A stretch of DNA of 64,000 nt from Candidatus Magasanikiibacteriota bacterium (GCA_023246655.1 JAHFHX010000003.1:24875-88874); one strand, 5' to 3'; shown: positions 9,377 through 20,012, numbered from the stretch's first letter. Program-made: numbers and translations. Notes: generated by a model from the sequence alone, not told the origin.

Positions 9377-9432
9377 AAAAAAAAATTCGTGTAACGTGGA
9401 ACGCGTAACCCCTCTAAGGGAGGCGTTACACG
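9377..9432 (-). terminator. rho-independent terminator for the pilB-like gene
   Basis: Perfect 9-bp inverted repeat cgtgtaacg / cgttacacg (9388-9396 and 9424-9432), followed on the minus strand by a run of 9 T. Begins 15 nt after the stop codon. Confidence 0.6.
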
Positions 9433-9447
9433 TTGTGCGTTATGCGC

Positions 9448-11163
9448 TTATTCCGCCACTCGAAATATTTCCTCCACGGTTGTAATCTTATCAAGAGCCT
9501 TAAGGAGCCCATCCTGTGCCATCGTTACCATCCCGTCCTTTACGGCTAATTCCTGAATGATATATTCCGAAACGTTGCTACTTAAAATAACCTGTTCAAT
9601 CTCTTTGGTCATAATAAAAATTTCATAAATACTTATTCGCCCTTTGTACCCAAGACCGCTACATACCGAGCACCCAGCACCGCGATAAAAATGTAAATCA
9701 TTAAAATTAAGTTTGGTTTTCTCTTCCGTTGGTAGAGCCTGTAAAATATTCACAACGCGCTCTAATTGTTCCGTTGGCAACACGGCTTCTTCGCGGCACG
9801 CCTCACAAATGCGACGCACCAACCGCTGACCAATAACGGAATTTAACGCCGGTGCAAGCAAAAATGATTTAACTCCCATCGACAAAAACCGCGGAATGGC
9901 ACCGGCCGCACTATTGGTATGAATAGTGGACAACATTAAATGCCCAGTAAGCGCCGCCTGAATAGAAATTTCGGCGGTCTCTAAATCACGAATTTCACCC
10001 ACCATACAAATATCAGGGTCTTGGCGCAGAATACTTCTCAAACCCTTAGCAAACGTATAATCATGGCTTGCATCTACCTGGCTCTGGTTCACCCCCTCCA
10101 TCTTAATTTCAATGGGATCTTCTAAGGTGATAATTTTTACCCCGGGCTTGTTAAGAAGACGAAGAATAGCATACATGGTGGTGGTTTTTCCAGACCCAGT
10201 AGGACCAGTAGTAATAATCATACCATTGGGTCGCTCAATCTCGCGGCGCAGGCGCTCATATGCCATCCCGCGAAGACCCAAATCATCAAAGGTCACAACA
10301 TGACTACCGCTATACAAAATTCTCATCACCACACTTTCTCCGTGAATCGTCGGCATAGTAGAAACACGGACGTCAATACTACTTGATGTTAGTTTTAAGG
10401 TGACCCGTCCATCCTGAGGACGGTCGGTAACATTAATTTTAAGAGCGGCCACTAGCTTAATTCGAGAAATAAATCGTTTCCACTGTTCCTTAGGAAGACG
10501 CGCCACTTCATGAAGGACACCGTCAATACGATATCGCATCACAATCCCGCCTTCTTCCGCCTCCACATGAATATCGGTGGCATTTATTTTAAGTGCTGCA
10601 GCAATCATGAGCGTTAAGATATCACTCATGGTTACGGATTGAAACGCCTCTTCCAAACTTTTTAAATTATCAATGCCGCCTTCGTAACGAGCCAATTCTT
10701 CATCAGTAATAATTACATCCTTACTCACGGATTTGACAATGGGCAAATTAGCATACAATGCTAACACCCGCTCTAAGCTGTGCTCGGAAATAAAGTACAG
10801 TTGCGTTTGGGCATGGTGGCGTTCACCCAGTTGATACACCAGCTCCTCGACTTCCGGACGCGGCTCAACAGTACCAAGCCGCATCTCTTCCGGCGTAAAA
10901 TAAAAACAGATCGTTCCATTTTCGCGAGCGATCTCCTCAGGAATAACTTTCAGCGCTTCCGAGGAAACGGGGAAAGTTGCCAGATCAATGTACGGAAGCT
11001 GAGAGCGGGCCGCTTGCGCGGCTGCGAGCTGCTCTTTCTCCTGAGTGGTAATCTGCTCCATCTTATGAGAAAATTTGGCCTGGACACCACTTGGTCCACC
11101 GCTCACCGGTTTCGCTGACGCTCCGCTGCCAGCCAAATCTTTTATCGAAGGAAAATCGGACAT
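9448..11163 (-). CDS. pilB: type IV pilus assembly / type II secretion ATPase (GspE/PilB family)
   Basis: Walker A motif TGPTGSGKTTT, a GspE_N-like N-terminal domain and a C-terminal tetracysteine-like CSVCSGLGYKGR. 571 aa. Confidence 0.85.
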   Translation of the reverse strand: MSDFPSIKDLAGSGASAKPVSGGPSGVQAKFSHKMEQITTQEKEQLAAAQAARSQLPYIDLATFPVSSEALKVIPEEIARENGTICFYFTPEEMRLGTVEPRPEVEELVYQLGERHHAQTQLYFISEHSLERVLALYANLPIVKSVSKDVIITDEELARYEGGIDNLKSLEEAFQSVTMSDILTLMIAAALKINATDIHVEAEEGGIVMRYRIDGVLHEVARLPKEQWKRFISRIKLVAALKINVTDRPQDGRVTLKLTSSSIDVRVSTMPTIHGESVVMRILYSGSHVVTFDDLGLRGMAYERLRREIERPNGMIITTGPTGSGKTTTMYAILRLLNKPGVKIITLEDPIEIKMEGVNQSQVDASHDYTFAKGLRSILRQDPDICMVGEIRDLETAEISIQAALTGHLMLSTIHTNSAAGAIPRFLSMGVKSFLLAPALNSVIGQRLVRRICEACREEAVLPTEQLERVVNILQALPTEEKTKLNFNDLHFYRGAGCSVCSGLGYKGRISIYEIFIMTKEIEQVILSSNVSEYIIQELAVKDGMVTMAQDGLLKALDKITTVEEIFRVAE

Positions 11164-11280
11164 ATGAATTTATTCTCGCGTGAATTTCTTTCGCAAGAAA
11201 TTCATCCCGACTTAGTCGGGAAAGATTCCTTTAAAATATGCTGCAATGAATTGAAAATTATAAAATTGTTTATAGGCAAA

Positions 11281-12234
11281 CTACTGCATTCGAAACAATT
11301 TCCTTGTATGATGAATGATCCTACTCCCGATGCCTTCATGATGCATCTTCATAAATAAATATATCCAAGCACTGGTAGTAAAGGCGTTAAAAATCGCGCC
11401 GACCAAAGCCGCTACAGCAATGAGTAGAAAAAAATATAAAACCACCGCCACCGTAACAAACGACATTTGTCCGGTAAATCCAGCAGTAAGAGCGAGCAAG
11501 GAAGATGGAATAAGCGCAATAACCGAGCCAGCTGATAATGCCAGTACAATAACAAAATTTAAAATTATCAACACAATGCTCAGTTCCAAGGAAACCAAAA
11601 AATGATGATCAAATAACTGCCATGCCTGCGCCACGGCGGTTGGTATACTCCGGCGCTCCGCAATAACATAACCAAGGGCATAAATAGCCATCACAGTTAC
11701 CGTGAGAGCCAAAAGTAAACTGACTGCTACCAAACTAATAGTCAGTAAAAGCCCGCCCCACGTAGCAAGAGACACTGTGCGAAGTGTCATAAGTGTTATC
11801 ATAATAAGCACGGCTAAGAGCGCCTTCTCCAAAATATTAATTCCACATATTTCCCAAAAATGTTCCACGCCGCGCTGCCAGGCACTACGCAACGGCAAAA
11901 TAGTATGCACCTTATACCAATGAATCGCCGTAGCAATAAGTGCTCCCTCCGCACAAAGTGCCACAACAATAATAAACACAATGCCGCTTAAAATAATGCA
12001 CGTCAGCCAAATAAACCAAATAAATTCATTCAAACTGCTAATGGTAATTGTCCCCCACGATGCTGGCCACCACGGTTCCGGCGCAAAGGCGCTGTCAAGC
12101 AGATAGCCAATAAAATTCGCCAGGCCAAATTGACCCACAAACACGGCCAAAAGCCCCAGTGCCCACGTACTGCGGTGATGCCATACGAGCGTCCAAGCCC
12201 GCGTGAGCGCCCGCGTATAAGTTGGTTCATGCAT
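11281..12234 (-). CDS. hypothetical polytopic membrane protein
   Basis: At least 6 hydrophobic helices. Ends with TAG. Confidence 0.6.
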   Translation of the reverse strand: MHEPTYTRALTRAWTLVWHHRSTWALGLLAVFVGQFGLANFIGYLLDSAFAPEPWWPASWGTITISSLNEFIWFIWLTCIILSGIVFIIVVALCAEGALIATAIHWYKVHTILPLRSAWQRGVEHFWEICGINILEKALLAVLIMITLMTLRTVSLATWGGLLLTISLVAVSLLLALTVTVMAIYALGYVIAERRSIPTAVAQAWQLFDHHFLVSLELSIVLIILNFVIVLALSAGSVIALIPSSLLALTAGFTGQMSFVTVAVVLYFFLLIAVAALVGAIFNAFTTSAWIYLFMKMHHEGIGSRIIHHTRKLFRMQ

Positions 12235-12242
12235 ATTTTAAA

Positions 12243-12277
12243 GACTTTATGGACTTTATAAACTTTTGACTTTAAAC
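12243..12277. repeat. phased GACTTTAYR tandem repeat block
   Basis: Sequence gactttatggactttataaacttttgactttaaact, within 10 nt upstream of the start codon at 12234. Confidence 0.8.
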
Positions 12278-12374
12278 TATTACATAGTATACCACAAAAG
12301 CGAGGCTAATAGAAATCATTATAACAAAATAGCCCCGGACGGGGCTATTGTTTTTACCACAATTGCTGGAATAT

Positions 12375-14234
12375 TTAGACGCCATCTATCACCATCTTCT
12401 GAGGAGCAGGGCCCAGGAGAGCAATAATTTCATCTTGTTCAATCGTTTCTTTCTCCAAGAGCGCCTTTACGAGTATCTCGAGCTTCTCCCGATGTGTGTC
12501 AATCGTCTTTTTAGCTACCGCTTGCGCCTCTTCAATAAGGCGTTTCATTTCCTTATCAATTTCTTCGGCGGTTTTATCACTGTAATCGCGCTCTTCATGA
12601 ATCTCCCGACCTAAAAAGACTAGCTCCTCATGCTCGCCAAAGGTGCGAGGACCGAGCACAGTACTCATGCCATAACGGGTTACCATATCGCGAGCCAATC
12701 GCGTAGCGTTTTTCAAATCATTGGACGGACCAGTGGAAACCTGATTATCACCAAAAATTATTTTTTCCACCACATAACCACCAAGGGCCATTGCCAAATC
12801 ATCGGTAAACTGCGCTAAAGTGTGATAATGCTTGTCTTCGCTCGGCATTTTAAGAGTATAACCACCGGCTTGACCACGAGAAATAATAGAAACCTTGCGT
12901 ACTGGATCACAATTGGGCAGCATATACCCCACAATCGCATGGCCAGCTTCATGATACGCAGTCATCTTTTTGTCACGCTCAGTCATCACGCGACTTTTAC
13001 GCTCTGGCCCCAAAAGCACTTTCTCGATACTCTCTAAAACTTCACGCTCACCAACTTCGGTGCGTCCACGCCGAACAGCCAAAATGGCCGCTTCATTCAT
13101 AAGGTTGGCTAAATCGGCTCCAGAAAATCCGGGAGTACGCTCGGCAATCTTGCGAATATTTACCTCGGAAGCTAGCTTTTTGCCCTGGGCATGAATTGCC
13201 AAAATTTCCTCACGATCTTTAATATCTGGCATATCAATGACGACACGCCGATCAAACCGCCCGGGACGCAGTAACGCCGGATCGAGCACATCCGGACGAT
13301 TAGTAGCCGCCATAACAATCACACCAAGATTAGCCTCAAAGCCGTCCATCTCAACCAGAATTTGGTTAAGGGTTTGTTCGCGTTCATCGTGCCCACCACC
13401 AAGACCAGCCCCCCGCCGACGCCCCACCGCATCAATTTCATCTACAAAAACAATCGCCGGTGCTGCTTTCTTGGCTTTGGCGAATAAATCACGAACCCGT
13501 GAAGCCCCAACCCCAACAAACATCTCAACAAATTCTGAACCGCTCATGTGAAAAAAAGGAACATTAGCTTCACCAGCAACCGCCTTGGCTAAAAGGGTTT
13601 TGCCGGTCCCGGGCGACCCCATCAATAACACCCCTTTCGGGATCTTTGCCCCCATCTCCACAAATTTCTTTTGATCACGAAGAAAATCAACAACTTCTAC
13701 CAACTCTTCTTTAGCTTCTTTCGCCCCCGCCACATCGGCAAAGGTCTTGCGATCTTTATCTTCTGGTTTTACTTGACGCGGATTGCTCTGCCCAAAGCCC
13801 ATTGCTCGATTATTCATTCCTTGCACGCCGCGACTCATGAAATAGAAAAAAGCCATGATGATAATGAGGGGCAAAATTGCTGGAAGCAAATTAAATGCCC
13901 ACAGCTTCCAAGAACTTTCTTCTTGAACTTCTACGTTGAGCTGTTTACGCGCTTCATCGCTGACACCATAATTTTTTATAATGTCACCAAACGATTCTTG
14001 TGGTTCTTTCTTCACTTCCTGGCTTTTCGCCGCCTCTTCTTTCAGCTCAATCTTTAAAGTATCGCCTTGAACAATTATATTTTTTACCTGACCAGCATTT
14101 ATCTCCTCAACCATGCGGCCAACACCAATAACTTCTGGTTTAGCGCCTCCATGGCCCTTCACCAGACCCAAGGCCCCTGCAACCAAAAATAATACCAAGA
14201 AAATAATTAAAAAATTTTTAATAAAATGTCGCAT
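12375..14234 (-). CDS. ftsH: ATP-dependent zinc metalloprotease FtsH
   Basis: AAA Walker [24 protein letters not shown], and the zinc site HEAGHAIVG. Confidence 0.95.
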   Translation of the reverse strand: MRHFIKNFLIIFLVLFLVAGALGLVKGHGGAKPEVIGVGRMVEEINAGQVKNIIVQGDTLKIELKEEAAKSQEVKKEPQESFGDIIKNYGVSDEARKQLNVEVQEESSWKLWAFNLLPAILPLIIIMAFFYFMSRGVQGMNNRAMGFGQSNPRQVKPEDKDRKTFADVAGAKEAKEELVEVVDFLRDQKKFVEMGAKIPKGVLLMGSPGTGKTLLAKAVAGEANVPFFHMSGSEFVEMFVGVGASRVRDLFAKAKKAAPAIVFVDEIDAVGRRRGAGLGGGHDEREQTLNQILVEMDGFEANLGVIVMAATNRPDVLDPALLRPGRFDRRVVIDMPDIKDREEILAIHAQGKKLASEVNIRKIAERTPGFSGADLANLMNEAAILAVRRGRTEVGEREVLESIEKVLLGPERKSRVMTERDKKMTAYHEAGHAIVGYMLPNCDPVRKVSIISRGQAGGYTLKMPSEDKHYHTLAQFTDDLAMALGGYVVEKIIFGDNQVSTGPSNDLKNATRLARDMVTRYGMSTVLGPRTFGEHEELVFLGREIHEERDYSDKTAEEIDKEMKRLIEEAQAVAKKTIDTHREKLEILVKALLEKETIEQDEIIALLGPAPQKMVIDGV

Positions 14235-14281
14235 AATAATTTAGAGAGATCCTTAATTTCGTATCACTATCCTTTTATCCT

Positions 14282-15469
14282 TTAACCAGCGACCTCTTTT
14301 GTTTCTTCATTCTTACTTTCGTTCTTTTCTTCTACTTGAGCTGCCGCCATTGCTTTCGCCTCGCTCTTAGCTACTCCACGCGCCCGCTTACCTTTAACTC
14401 CAGCGAGCTTTAATCCCAAGCGATGTTCGGCGGGTTCGAGCGATACTATTTCAAACTCCAATTCTTGACCAAGCTTAAACTTGTCACCAATATTCCCCAT
14501 GGGTTCATCCGACAATTCAGAAATATGTGCCAGCCCATGAATTTCCTTATCCAACCCTATCATGAGCCCAAACGGTTCAATCTTTAATATTTTTCCTGTG
14601 GCTTTCTCCCCTATCTTATAACGCTCTTTCACCGTCTTCCACGGATCTTCCATCGTCCGCTTAATCGACAGATAAATTTTCGAATGGTCAAGTTGGATAA
14701 TCTGAGCTTTGACTTTTTGACCAATCTTAAGCATATCTTTAGGATGATCAATACGTTGCCAAGCAATCTCGGAAATATGAATCAACCCTTCAAGACCTTC
14801 TCCAAACCGCACAAAAGCTCCAAACGCGGTGAGGGCGCTTATTTCCCCTTCCACCACATCTCCTACTTTATACGATTCCAGGACTGCCTTTTGCGAGTCC
14901 TCCCAAACCGCGCGTTCAGAAACAATCAATTTCTCCTCCGCTTCATTTACGTCAATGACTTTTACTTCGAGTTCCTGACCAACTAATTCACGCAGTTTTT
15001 CAAGAATTCTATTTTTATCACCACCAGCCACCCGTGGATAATGATCGGGGGAGAGCTGTGAAACCGGCATGAATGCTGCTAACGCCTCTACCTGTACCAT
15101 AATGCCGCCCTTATTGGCCCCTAATACCCGGCCTTTGAGGGTTAAACCATCTTTCAGCCACTGCTTCATGTTGTTCCAAGCACGTTGATACCCAGCCGTA
15201 CGGAATGAAAGTTCCATTTCGCCGTTTTCGTTTTCAAATTCTAAAACGGTCGCCTCCACCTCCGCTCCTACCTTTAGATTATTATACTCTCGAGATTCAG
15301 AAAATAACTCAGTACCACGCACCACGCCGGTCGTGAGTCCTTCAATATCAATATGTACAACGTGGCGATCTACCGCAATGACTTTGCCTTTTACTACGTC
15401 TCCTACCTTTGGAATCGCCAGCCCTTGGGCCTGAAATAGTACTTTAAAATCTTGCTCTTTATCTGACAT
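14282..15469 (-). CDS. rpsA: 30S ribosomal protein S1
   Basis: Four tandem S1 domains with a VGDVVKGKV-type start, and an acidic C-terminal tail. Confidence 0.85.
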   Translation of the reverse strand: MSDKEQDFKVLFQAQGLAIPKVGDVVKGKVIAVDRHVVHIDIEGLTTGVVRGTELFSESREYNNLKVGAEVEATVLEFENENGEMELSFRTAGYQRAWNNMKQWLKDGLTLKGRVLGANKGGIMVQVEALAAFMPVSQLSPDHYPRVAGGDKNRILEKLRELVGQELEVKVIDVNEAEEKLIVSERAVWEDSQKAVLESYKVGDVVEGEISALTAFGAFVRFGEGLEGLIHISEIAWQRIDHPKDMLKIGQKVKAQIIQLDHSKIYLSIKRTMEDPWKTVKERYKIGEKATGKILKIEPFGLMIGLDKEIHGLAHISELSDEPMGNIGDKFKLGQELEFEIVSLEPAEHRLGLKLAGVKGKRARGVAKSEAKAMAAAQVEEKNESKNEETKEVAG

Positions 15470-15623
15470 ACTAAAATAAAAAAAGAAACCTTTAACCTGT
15501 CTCGACTCAGTCGAGATTAAGTGCCCTCCTCTTAAAGCGGAAGGGCTTATAACGATATGTTAGTAACGGCCATACTATACACTACACTAAGGTAAACTGT
15601 CAATACCCACATCTGCGTGAATC

Positions 15624-15652
15624 TTGCCATCCTACAGAAATTATGCTAAAAT
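15624..15652 (+). promoter_or_regulatory. candidate promoter, TTGCCA-17 bp-TAAAAT
   Basis: ttgcca at 15624-15629, a 17-nt spacer, then taaaat at 15647-15652. Confidence 0.35.
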
Positions 15653-15664
15653 AATTCTACTTTT

Positions 15665-15684
15665 AAAGTCTTTATAGACTTTGG
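15665..15684. repeat. phased repeat block (aaagtctttatagactttgg)
   Basis: Same motif family. Lies between the divergent rpsA gene and the gene starting at 15696. Confidence 0.6.
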
Positions 15685-15695
15685 ATTTTTATCAT

Positions 15696-16310
15696 ATGCA
15701 TATCTCCTGGCTCGGCGGCACTTGTGTTAAACTGCAAACTAAATATCAAGAAGAAGATGTTGTTGTTCTCATTGATGCTTACCGACCGACTAAGGGTGAT
15801 TTTCCGCGCAGTTTTTCTCCCACCATTGCGCTCTTCTCCACCGGAGAGGAGGATGCCGCTACCCTATCGCAAAATCCCTTTGTGCTCTCCACGTTAGGCG
15901 AAGTCGAACTCAAAGAAGTTATGATCACCACCTGGCCCGCCGCCGCGGGGACAATTGTTTTTAAAATTAACGCTGAAGGAATTTCGATAGTACACTTAGG
16001 CGTTCTTAACAAAAAACTCACGGCGGATGAAATAGAAAAAATGGGGTCGGTTGATATTTTATTCGTACCGGTTGGCGACGTTGGACGGTATTTGAACGCG
16101 GAAGACGCCGCAGCGTTGGTGACCGCACTTGAGCCACGAGTGGTTGTCCCAATTGCCTACCAATGTGACACAGACCCCACTGCCAAACCTGTAACGGAAT
16201 TTATTAAAGAGTTGGGCCTAAAACCAGATAGTACCGATAAAAAAATAATTCTTAAGAAAAAAGATTTACCACAAGAAGAGACAAAGTTGATGATATTAGA
16301 AAAATCTTAA
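15696..16310 (+). CDS. MBL-fold-like protein (Lactamase_B_3 / YtkL-like), apparently lacking the HxHxDH motif
   Basis: N-terminus MHISWLGGTCVKLQT...VVLIDAY resembles UPF0173 metal-dependent hydrolases. No His-rich motif is visible. The track start at 15681 is a TTG. Confidence 0.35.
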   Translation: MHISWLGGTCVKLQTKYQEEDVVVLIDAYRPTKGDFPRSFSPTIALFSTGEEDAATLSQNPFVLSTLGEVELKEVMITTWPAAAGTIVFKINAEGISIVHLGVLNKKLTADEIEKMGSVDILFVPVGDVGRYLNAEDAAALVTALEPRVVVPIAYQCDTDPTAKPVTEFIKELGLKPDSTDKKIILKKKDLPQEETKLMILEKS

Positions 16311-16418
16311 GACGACCTTGCGTTCACCACAAAAATTTCCACGACTGAGTTTATCCAAAATGACAAATATACGAGTTGTGCTAATTAATTTTCCCTAAAT
16401 TTGGCTCAAATACCGTTT

Positions 16419-16557
16419 TGTCATCCCGAGCAAGCCTTCCGCCAAAGGCGGACACAGCGCGAGGCCTGCCCGCCTCTGGCGGGAGGGATCTCTCTGTCCG
16501 TCGTTGGTTGATTGAGACAGAGATTCCTCACCCCTGCGACGGGGATTCGGAATGACA
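16419..16557. repeat. palindromic repeat element, family A, copy B (139 bp)
   Basis: Runs from tgtcatcccgag to ggaatgaca. The internal segment gagggatctct...cagagattcctc is shared with copies A and C. Confidence 0.85.
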
Positions 16558-16627
16558 AGTGTTTTTTGGCTAAAATGAAAGAGGTTAATTAGCATAACTC
16601 GTTAATTTCAAATCAATATCAAAGCGA

Positions 16628-16646
16628 AAATGTCAAAATTTGACAT
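16628..16646. promoter_or_regulatory. 19-bp perfect palindrome aatgtcaaa-a-tttgacatt (candidate operator); a third half-site tttgacatt lies at 16663-16671
   Basis: The palindrome and the extra half-site are read directly from the sequence. The palindrome overlaps a TTGACA -35-like hexamer. Confidence 0.4.
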
Positions 16647-17281
16647 TGATATTTTGGATTTACTTTGACATTTGTTATTTGGATTTTGTAATGCGGCTTA
16701 TGGTTTCTAAAAAATCTAGTCCTAAAAAATTTTCCAATCGAAAAAAGAAGTCAATAGAAAAAACCGCCCCTATGCCGAGCCTCATTTTTAGTGAGGCCAC
16801 CATTCCCCGCCCTTCGCCCATAGTAAACAAGAAAGCCACCACCGTTAATGCTGCCGATGAGAATCTGAAACTCTCTGTTCCAACCATAACCCAAGAACAA
16901 AATCAAAACTCTGAAACAAGCTTCTCGCGCTACCAAGAACGTGACCGAGTGGCACGTCGCTGGATGTGGCTTGGAGTAATTAGTTTTTCGACCATTATCT
17001 TTTTCCTATGGGGGTGGTCACTGTGGCTTAAATTTTCTCTCATGAACTGGAACCGTGGATCAGATTTTTCTTTAGTACAGCGTGCTGAACAAAATTGGAA
17101 TCAACTTTTTTCACAGCAAACACCGGAACAACTTATTATAGAACGTGACCGCGTGCAACTAAAAGAAGCACTGCGGTATATCATTAACCAAAATACACCC
17201 ACCACCACTGCTTCACCCACGACGATGGTCTCAAGCACATCGGCTATAACGACGAGCGCAGCGACTACTACAAAAAAATAA
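16640..17281 (+). CDS. hypothetical membrane protein with a Thr-rich C-terminus; likely true start at 16691 (MRLMVSKK)
   Basis: One TM helix (WMWLGVISFSTIIFFLWGWSLWL). Low-complexity tail TTTASPTTMVSSTSAITTSAATTTKK. Confidence 0.5.
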   Translation: MTLIFWIYFDICYLDFVMRLMVSKKSSPKKFSNRKKKSIEKTAPMPSLIFSEATIPRPSPIVNKKATTVNAADENLKLSVPTITQEQNQNSETSFSRYQERDRVARRWMWLGVISFSTIIFFLWGWSLWLKFSLMNWNRGSDFSLVQRAEQNWNQLFSQQTPEQLIIERDRVQLKEALRYIINQNTPTTTASPTTMVSSTSAITTSAATTTKK

Positions 17282-17332
17282 CCGCACAACGGCTAACGTT
17301 ACGGGTTATGCTTTATCCGTTCCACAAATATT

Positions 17333-19798
17333 ATGCAAACTAAACTCCCTATGCCAGCAGCACCAATCGGCAAACTTACCAAAGCCCCGATTGTTGATGA
17401 AGTTAAACAATCCTACTTGGAATATGCCATGAGCGTCATTATTGCCCGCGCGCTTCCTGATGTGCGCGATGGGCTTAAACCGGTGCACCGTCGTATTCTA
17501 TACGCCATGGGAAATCTGGGGTTGCGCCACACCGCCCGCTTCCGTAAATCGGCCCACGTGGTTGGTGAGGTGATGGCCAAATACCACCCGCATGGCGACA
17601 CGGCAATTTATGATTCACTGGTACGCATGGCTCAAGATTTTGCCATGCGCCACCGGCTCATTGATGGCCAAGGTAACTTTGGTTCCATGGATGGCGACAG
17701 CGCCGCCGCGATGCGCTATACCGAAGCTCGCCTCACGGCCCTGGCGGAAGAGATGCTCGCCGATATTGAAAAAAATACGGTCAATTTCATCCCCAACTAT
17801 GATGGTTCACACCAGGAACCAACCGTACTTCCCACTCAAGTCCCTAACCTGCTCCTTAACGGCACCGTTGGTATTGCTGTCGGCATGGCCACCAGTATTC
17901 CGCCTCACAATTTGGGGGAACTCTGCAACGGCGTAGTCGCGCTTATCGATAAACCAAAAACTACGATTGAGGATCTGACGGAAATGATTAAAGGCCCAGA
18001 CTTTCCAACGGGTGGCATTGTCTATGGCAAAAAAGATATTGCCACTGCTTTTGCAACTGGTCGGGGCGGCGTCGTGATGCGTGCCAAAGCCGAAATTGAA
18101 GAAACTAAAAACGGCCTTTTCCGCATTGTGGTAACCGAAATGACGTACCAAGTAAATAAGGCTGAATTGATTGAAAAAATCGCCACGCTCGTCCAAGATA
18201 AAAAAATTGAAGGCATTAAAGACATTCGTGATGAATCCAACAAAGATGGCGTACGCGTTGTCATTGAGCTGAAGAAAGATTCCTACCCCAAAAAAATTCT
18301 CAACCAACTCTACAACCATACCGATCTTCAAACCACCTTCCACTACAACATGCTCGCGCTGGTAGATGGCATTCAGCCGCGCGTTTTGAATCTCAAAAAT
18401 ATTTTAGAGGAATTTATCAAACACCGCCAAGTCGTGATTCGCCGCCGCACCGAATTTGATTTGGAAAAAAATAAAGAGCGCGCTCATATTTTGGATGGGT
18501 TAAAAATGGCACTCGATAAAATCGATTTGGTGATTAAAACTATTCGCGCGAGTAAAGATAAAGACGAAGCCAAGGTAGAACTCATGAAAAAATTCAAATT
18601 CACCGACCGGCAAACGACCGCTATTTTGGAAATGCGCCTCCAACAACTTGCTAACTTAGAACGCCAAAAAATTGAAGATGAATTAAAAGAGAAGAAAATC
18701 CTCATTAAAGAACTTGAATCCATCCTGGCTTCTGAGACAAAAATTCTTGCCATTGTTAAAAAAGAAACAACTGAACTTAAAGAAAAATTTGGCAATGATC
18801 GCAAAACCCAAATTATTGCTCACGGGGTAAAAGAATTCACTACCGAAGATTTAATTCCCAACGAGCCAACCATTGTTATGACCACCACCGACGGCTATAT
18901 TAAACGCCTCCCGCCGGATACTTTCCGCCAACAATCACGGGGTGGCAAGGGTGTCATTGGGGTGACGACCAAAGAAGACGAATCAGTGGACCAGATGCTC
19001 ACCACCAACACGCATGACAACATGCTGTTCTTTACCAACCGCGGCCGCGTGTTCCAACTCATGGCTTATGATATTCCCCAGGCCAGCCGCACCGCCAAAG
19101 GCCAGGCCCTTGTTAACTTTCTCCAACTCGCCCCCAACGAAAAAGTCACTGCGTTGCTGGCGACGAGCGACATGGAAAAATACAAATATTTAGTCATGGT
19201 AACAGGAAAAGGCACCATCAAAAAAACCGCTGTTACAGACTTTCAGAATGTTCGCCGGAGCGGCCTTATTGCTCTCAAACTCAAAGGCGATGATAATTTG
19301 GAGTGGGTCAAACCATCTATTGGGAATGATGAAATAATTCTGGCGACCAAAGGCGGCCAAGCGATCCGTTTTAAAGAGCGCGATGTACGCGAAATGGGAA
19401 GAACCGCCGCCGGCGTACGCGGCATGCGCCTAAAGAACGATGACGCCATTATTGGCATGGATATTGTTGACCCCGGAAACAAAAACTTGGAATTCTTAAC
19501 GGTTGGCGCCAATGGCCTTGGCAAATGCACGGAACTCAATGAATACAAAGTACAAGGTCGCGGTGGTTCTGGTATCAAAACAGCCGAAATCACCACTAAA
19601 ACCGGCTCTATTGTCTATGCCCGCGTTATTGATAGAAGCATCGCGAACGAACGCGACCTTATGATGATGTCAACGAAAGGCCAGGTCATCCGCCTACCAT
19701 TTAAATCCATTAATACCTCAGGACGAGCTACGCAAGGTGTGCGACTAATGCGCTTCAAAGAAGAGGGTGACAAGGTGGCCAGTGTGACGGTGATTTAG
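17333..19798 (+). CDS. gyrA: DNA gyrase subunit A
   Basis: SYLEYAMSVIIARALPDVRDGLKPVHRRILYAM and AAMRYTEARL (containing the active-site Tyr), followed by C-terminal beta-pinwheel repeats. 821 aa, TAG stop. Confidence 0.95.
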   Translation: MQTKLPMPAAPIGKLTKAPIVDEVKQSYLEYAMSVIIARALPDVRDGLKPVHRRILYAMGNLGLRHTARFRKSAHVVGEVMAKYHPHGDTAIYDSLVRMAQDFAMRHRLIDGQGNFGSMDGDSAAAMRYTEARLTALAEEMLADIEKNTVNFIPNYDGSHQEPTVLPTQVPNLLLNGTVGIAVGMATSIPPHNLGELCNGVVALIDKPKTTIEDLTEMIKGPDFPTGGIVYGKKDIATAFATGRGGVVMRAKAEIEETKNGLFRIVVTEMTYQVNKAELIEKIATLVQDKKIEGIKDIRDESNKDGVRVVIELKKDSYPKKILNQLYNHTDLQTTFHYNMLALVDGIQPRVLNLKNILEEFIKHRQVVIRRRTEFDLEKNKERAHILDGLKMALDKIDLVIKTIRASKDKDEAKVELMKKFKFTDRQTTAILEMRLQQLANLERQKIEDELKEKKILIKELESILASETKILAIVKKETTELKEKFGNDRKTQIIAHGVKEFTTEDLIPNEPTIVMTTTDGYIKRLPPDTFRQQSRGGKGVIGVTTKEDESVDQMLTTNTHDNMLFFTNRGRVFQLMAYDIPQASRTAKGQALVNFLQLAPNEKVTALLATSDMEKYKYLVMVTGKGTIKKTAVTDFQNVRRSGLIALKLKGDDNLEWVKPSIGNDEIILATKGGQAIRFKERDVREMGRTAAGVRGMRLKNDDAIIGMDIVDPGNKNLEFLTVGANGLGKCTELNEYKVQGRGGSGIKTAEITTKTGSIVYARVIDRSIANERDLMMMSTKGQVIRLPFKSINTSGRATQGVRLMRFKEEGDKVASVTVI

Positions 19799-19881
19799 CA
19801 CGGATTATGCCGATTTTGCTTCGAGCAAAATCGAGCATCCGCGATTTCAGTCGAAACTGAAAGAGGATTATACCGGTTACA

Positions 19882-19912
19882 AAAGACGCCTTTAGTATGG
19901 CGTCTTTTTTGT
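19882..19912 (+). terminator. rho-independent terminator after gyrA
   Basis: Stem aagacgcc / ggcgtctt with a 9-nt loop, then TTTTTTGTT. Confidence 0.7.
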
Positions 19913-19964
19913 TGCAACTATTTTTTCTTTCACGCAAAACGTTGACCATCCTGAATTTTTAAAC

Positions 19965-20012
19965 TGTCATCCCGAACTTGTTTCGGGGTCCTGAAATAAA
20001 TTCAGGATGACA
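19965..20012. repeat. short family A-like nested hairpin (tgtcatcccgaacttgtttcgggg...ttcaggatgaca)
   Basis: Lies between the convergent gyrA and deacetylase genes. It may act as a bidirectional terminator. Confidence 0.5.

Noticed and set aside
10112-11118. Antisense ORFs inside pilB (10112-10303 and 10780-11118), and similar ones inside gyrA, tkt, glmS and the liv genes
   Set aside because: They lie entirely inside well-supported conserved genes on the opposite strand, and none carries a motif.
16395-16595. 66-aa ORF inside repeat copy B
   Set aside because: It lies entirely within the palindromic element. The Arg/Gly-rich translation is typical of a GC-rich hairpin and has no gene context.
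19799-19949. Possible C-terminal extension of gyrA by read-through of its TAG
   Set aside because: The 48 stop-free codons downstream encode low-complexity sequence spanning the terminator hairpin. That length without a stop is plausible by chance (~10%).
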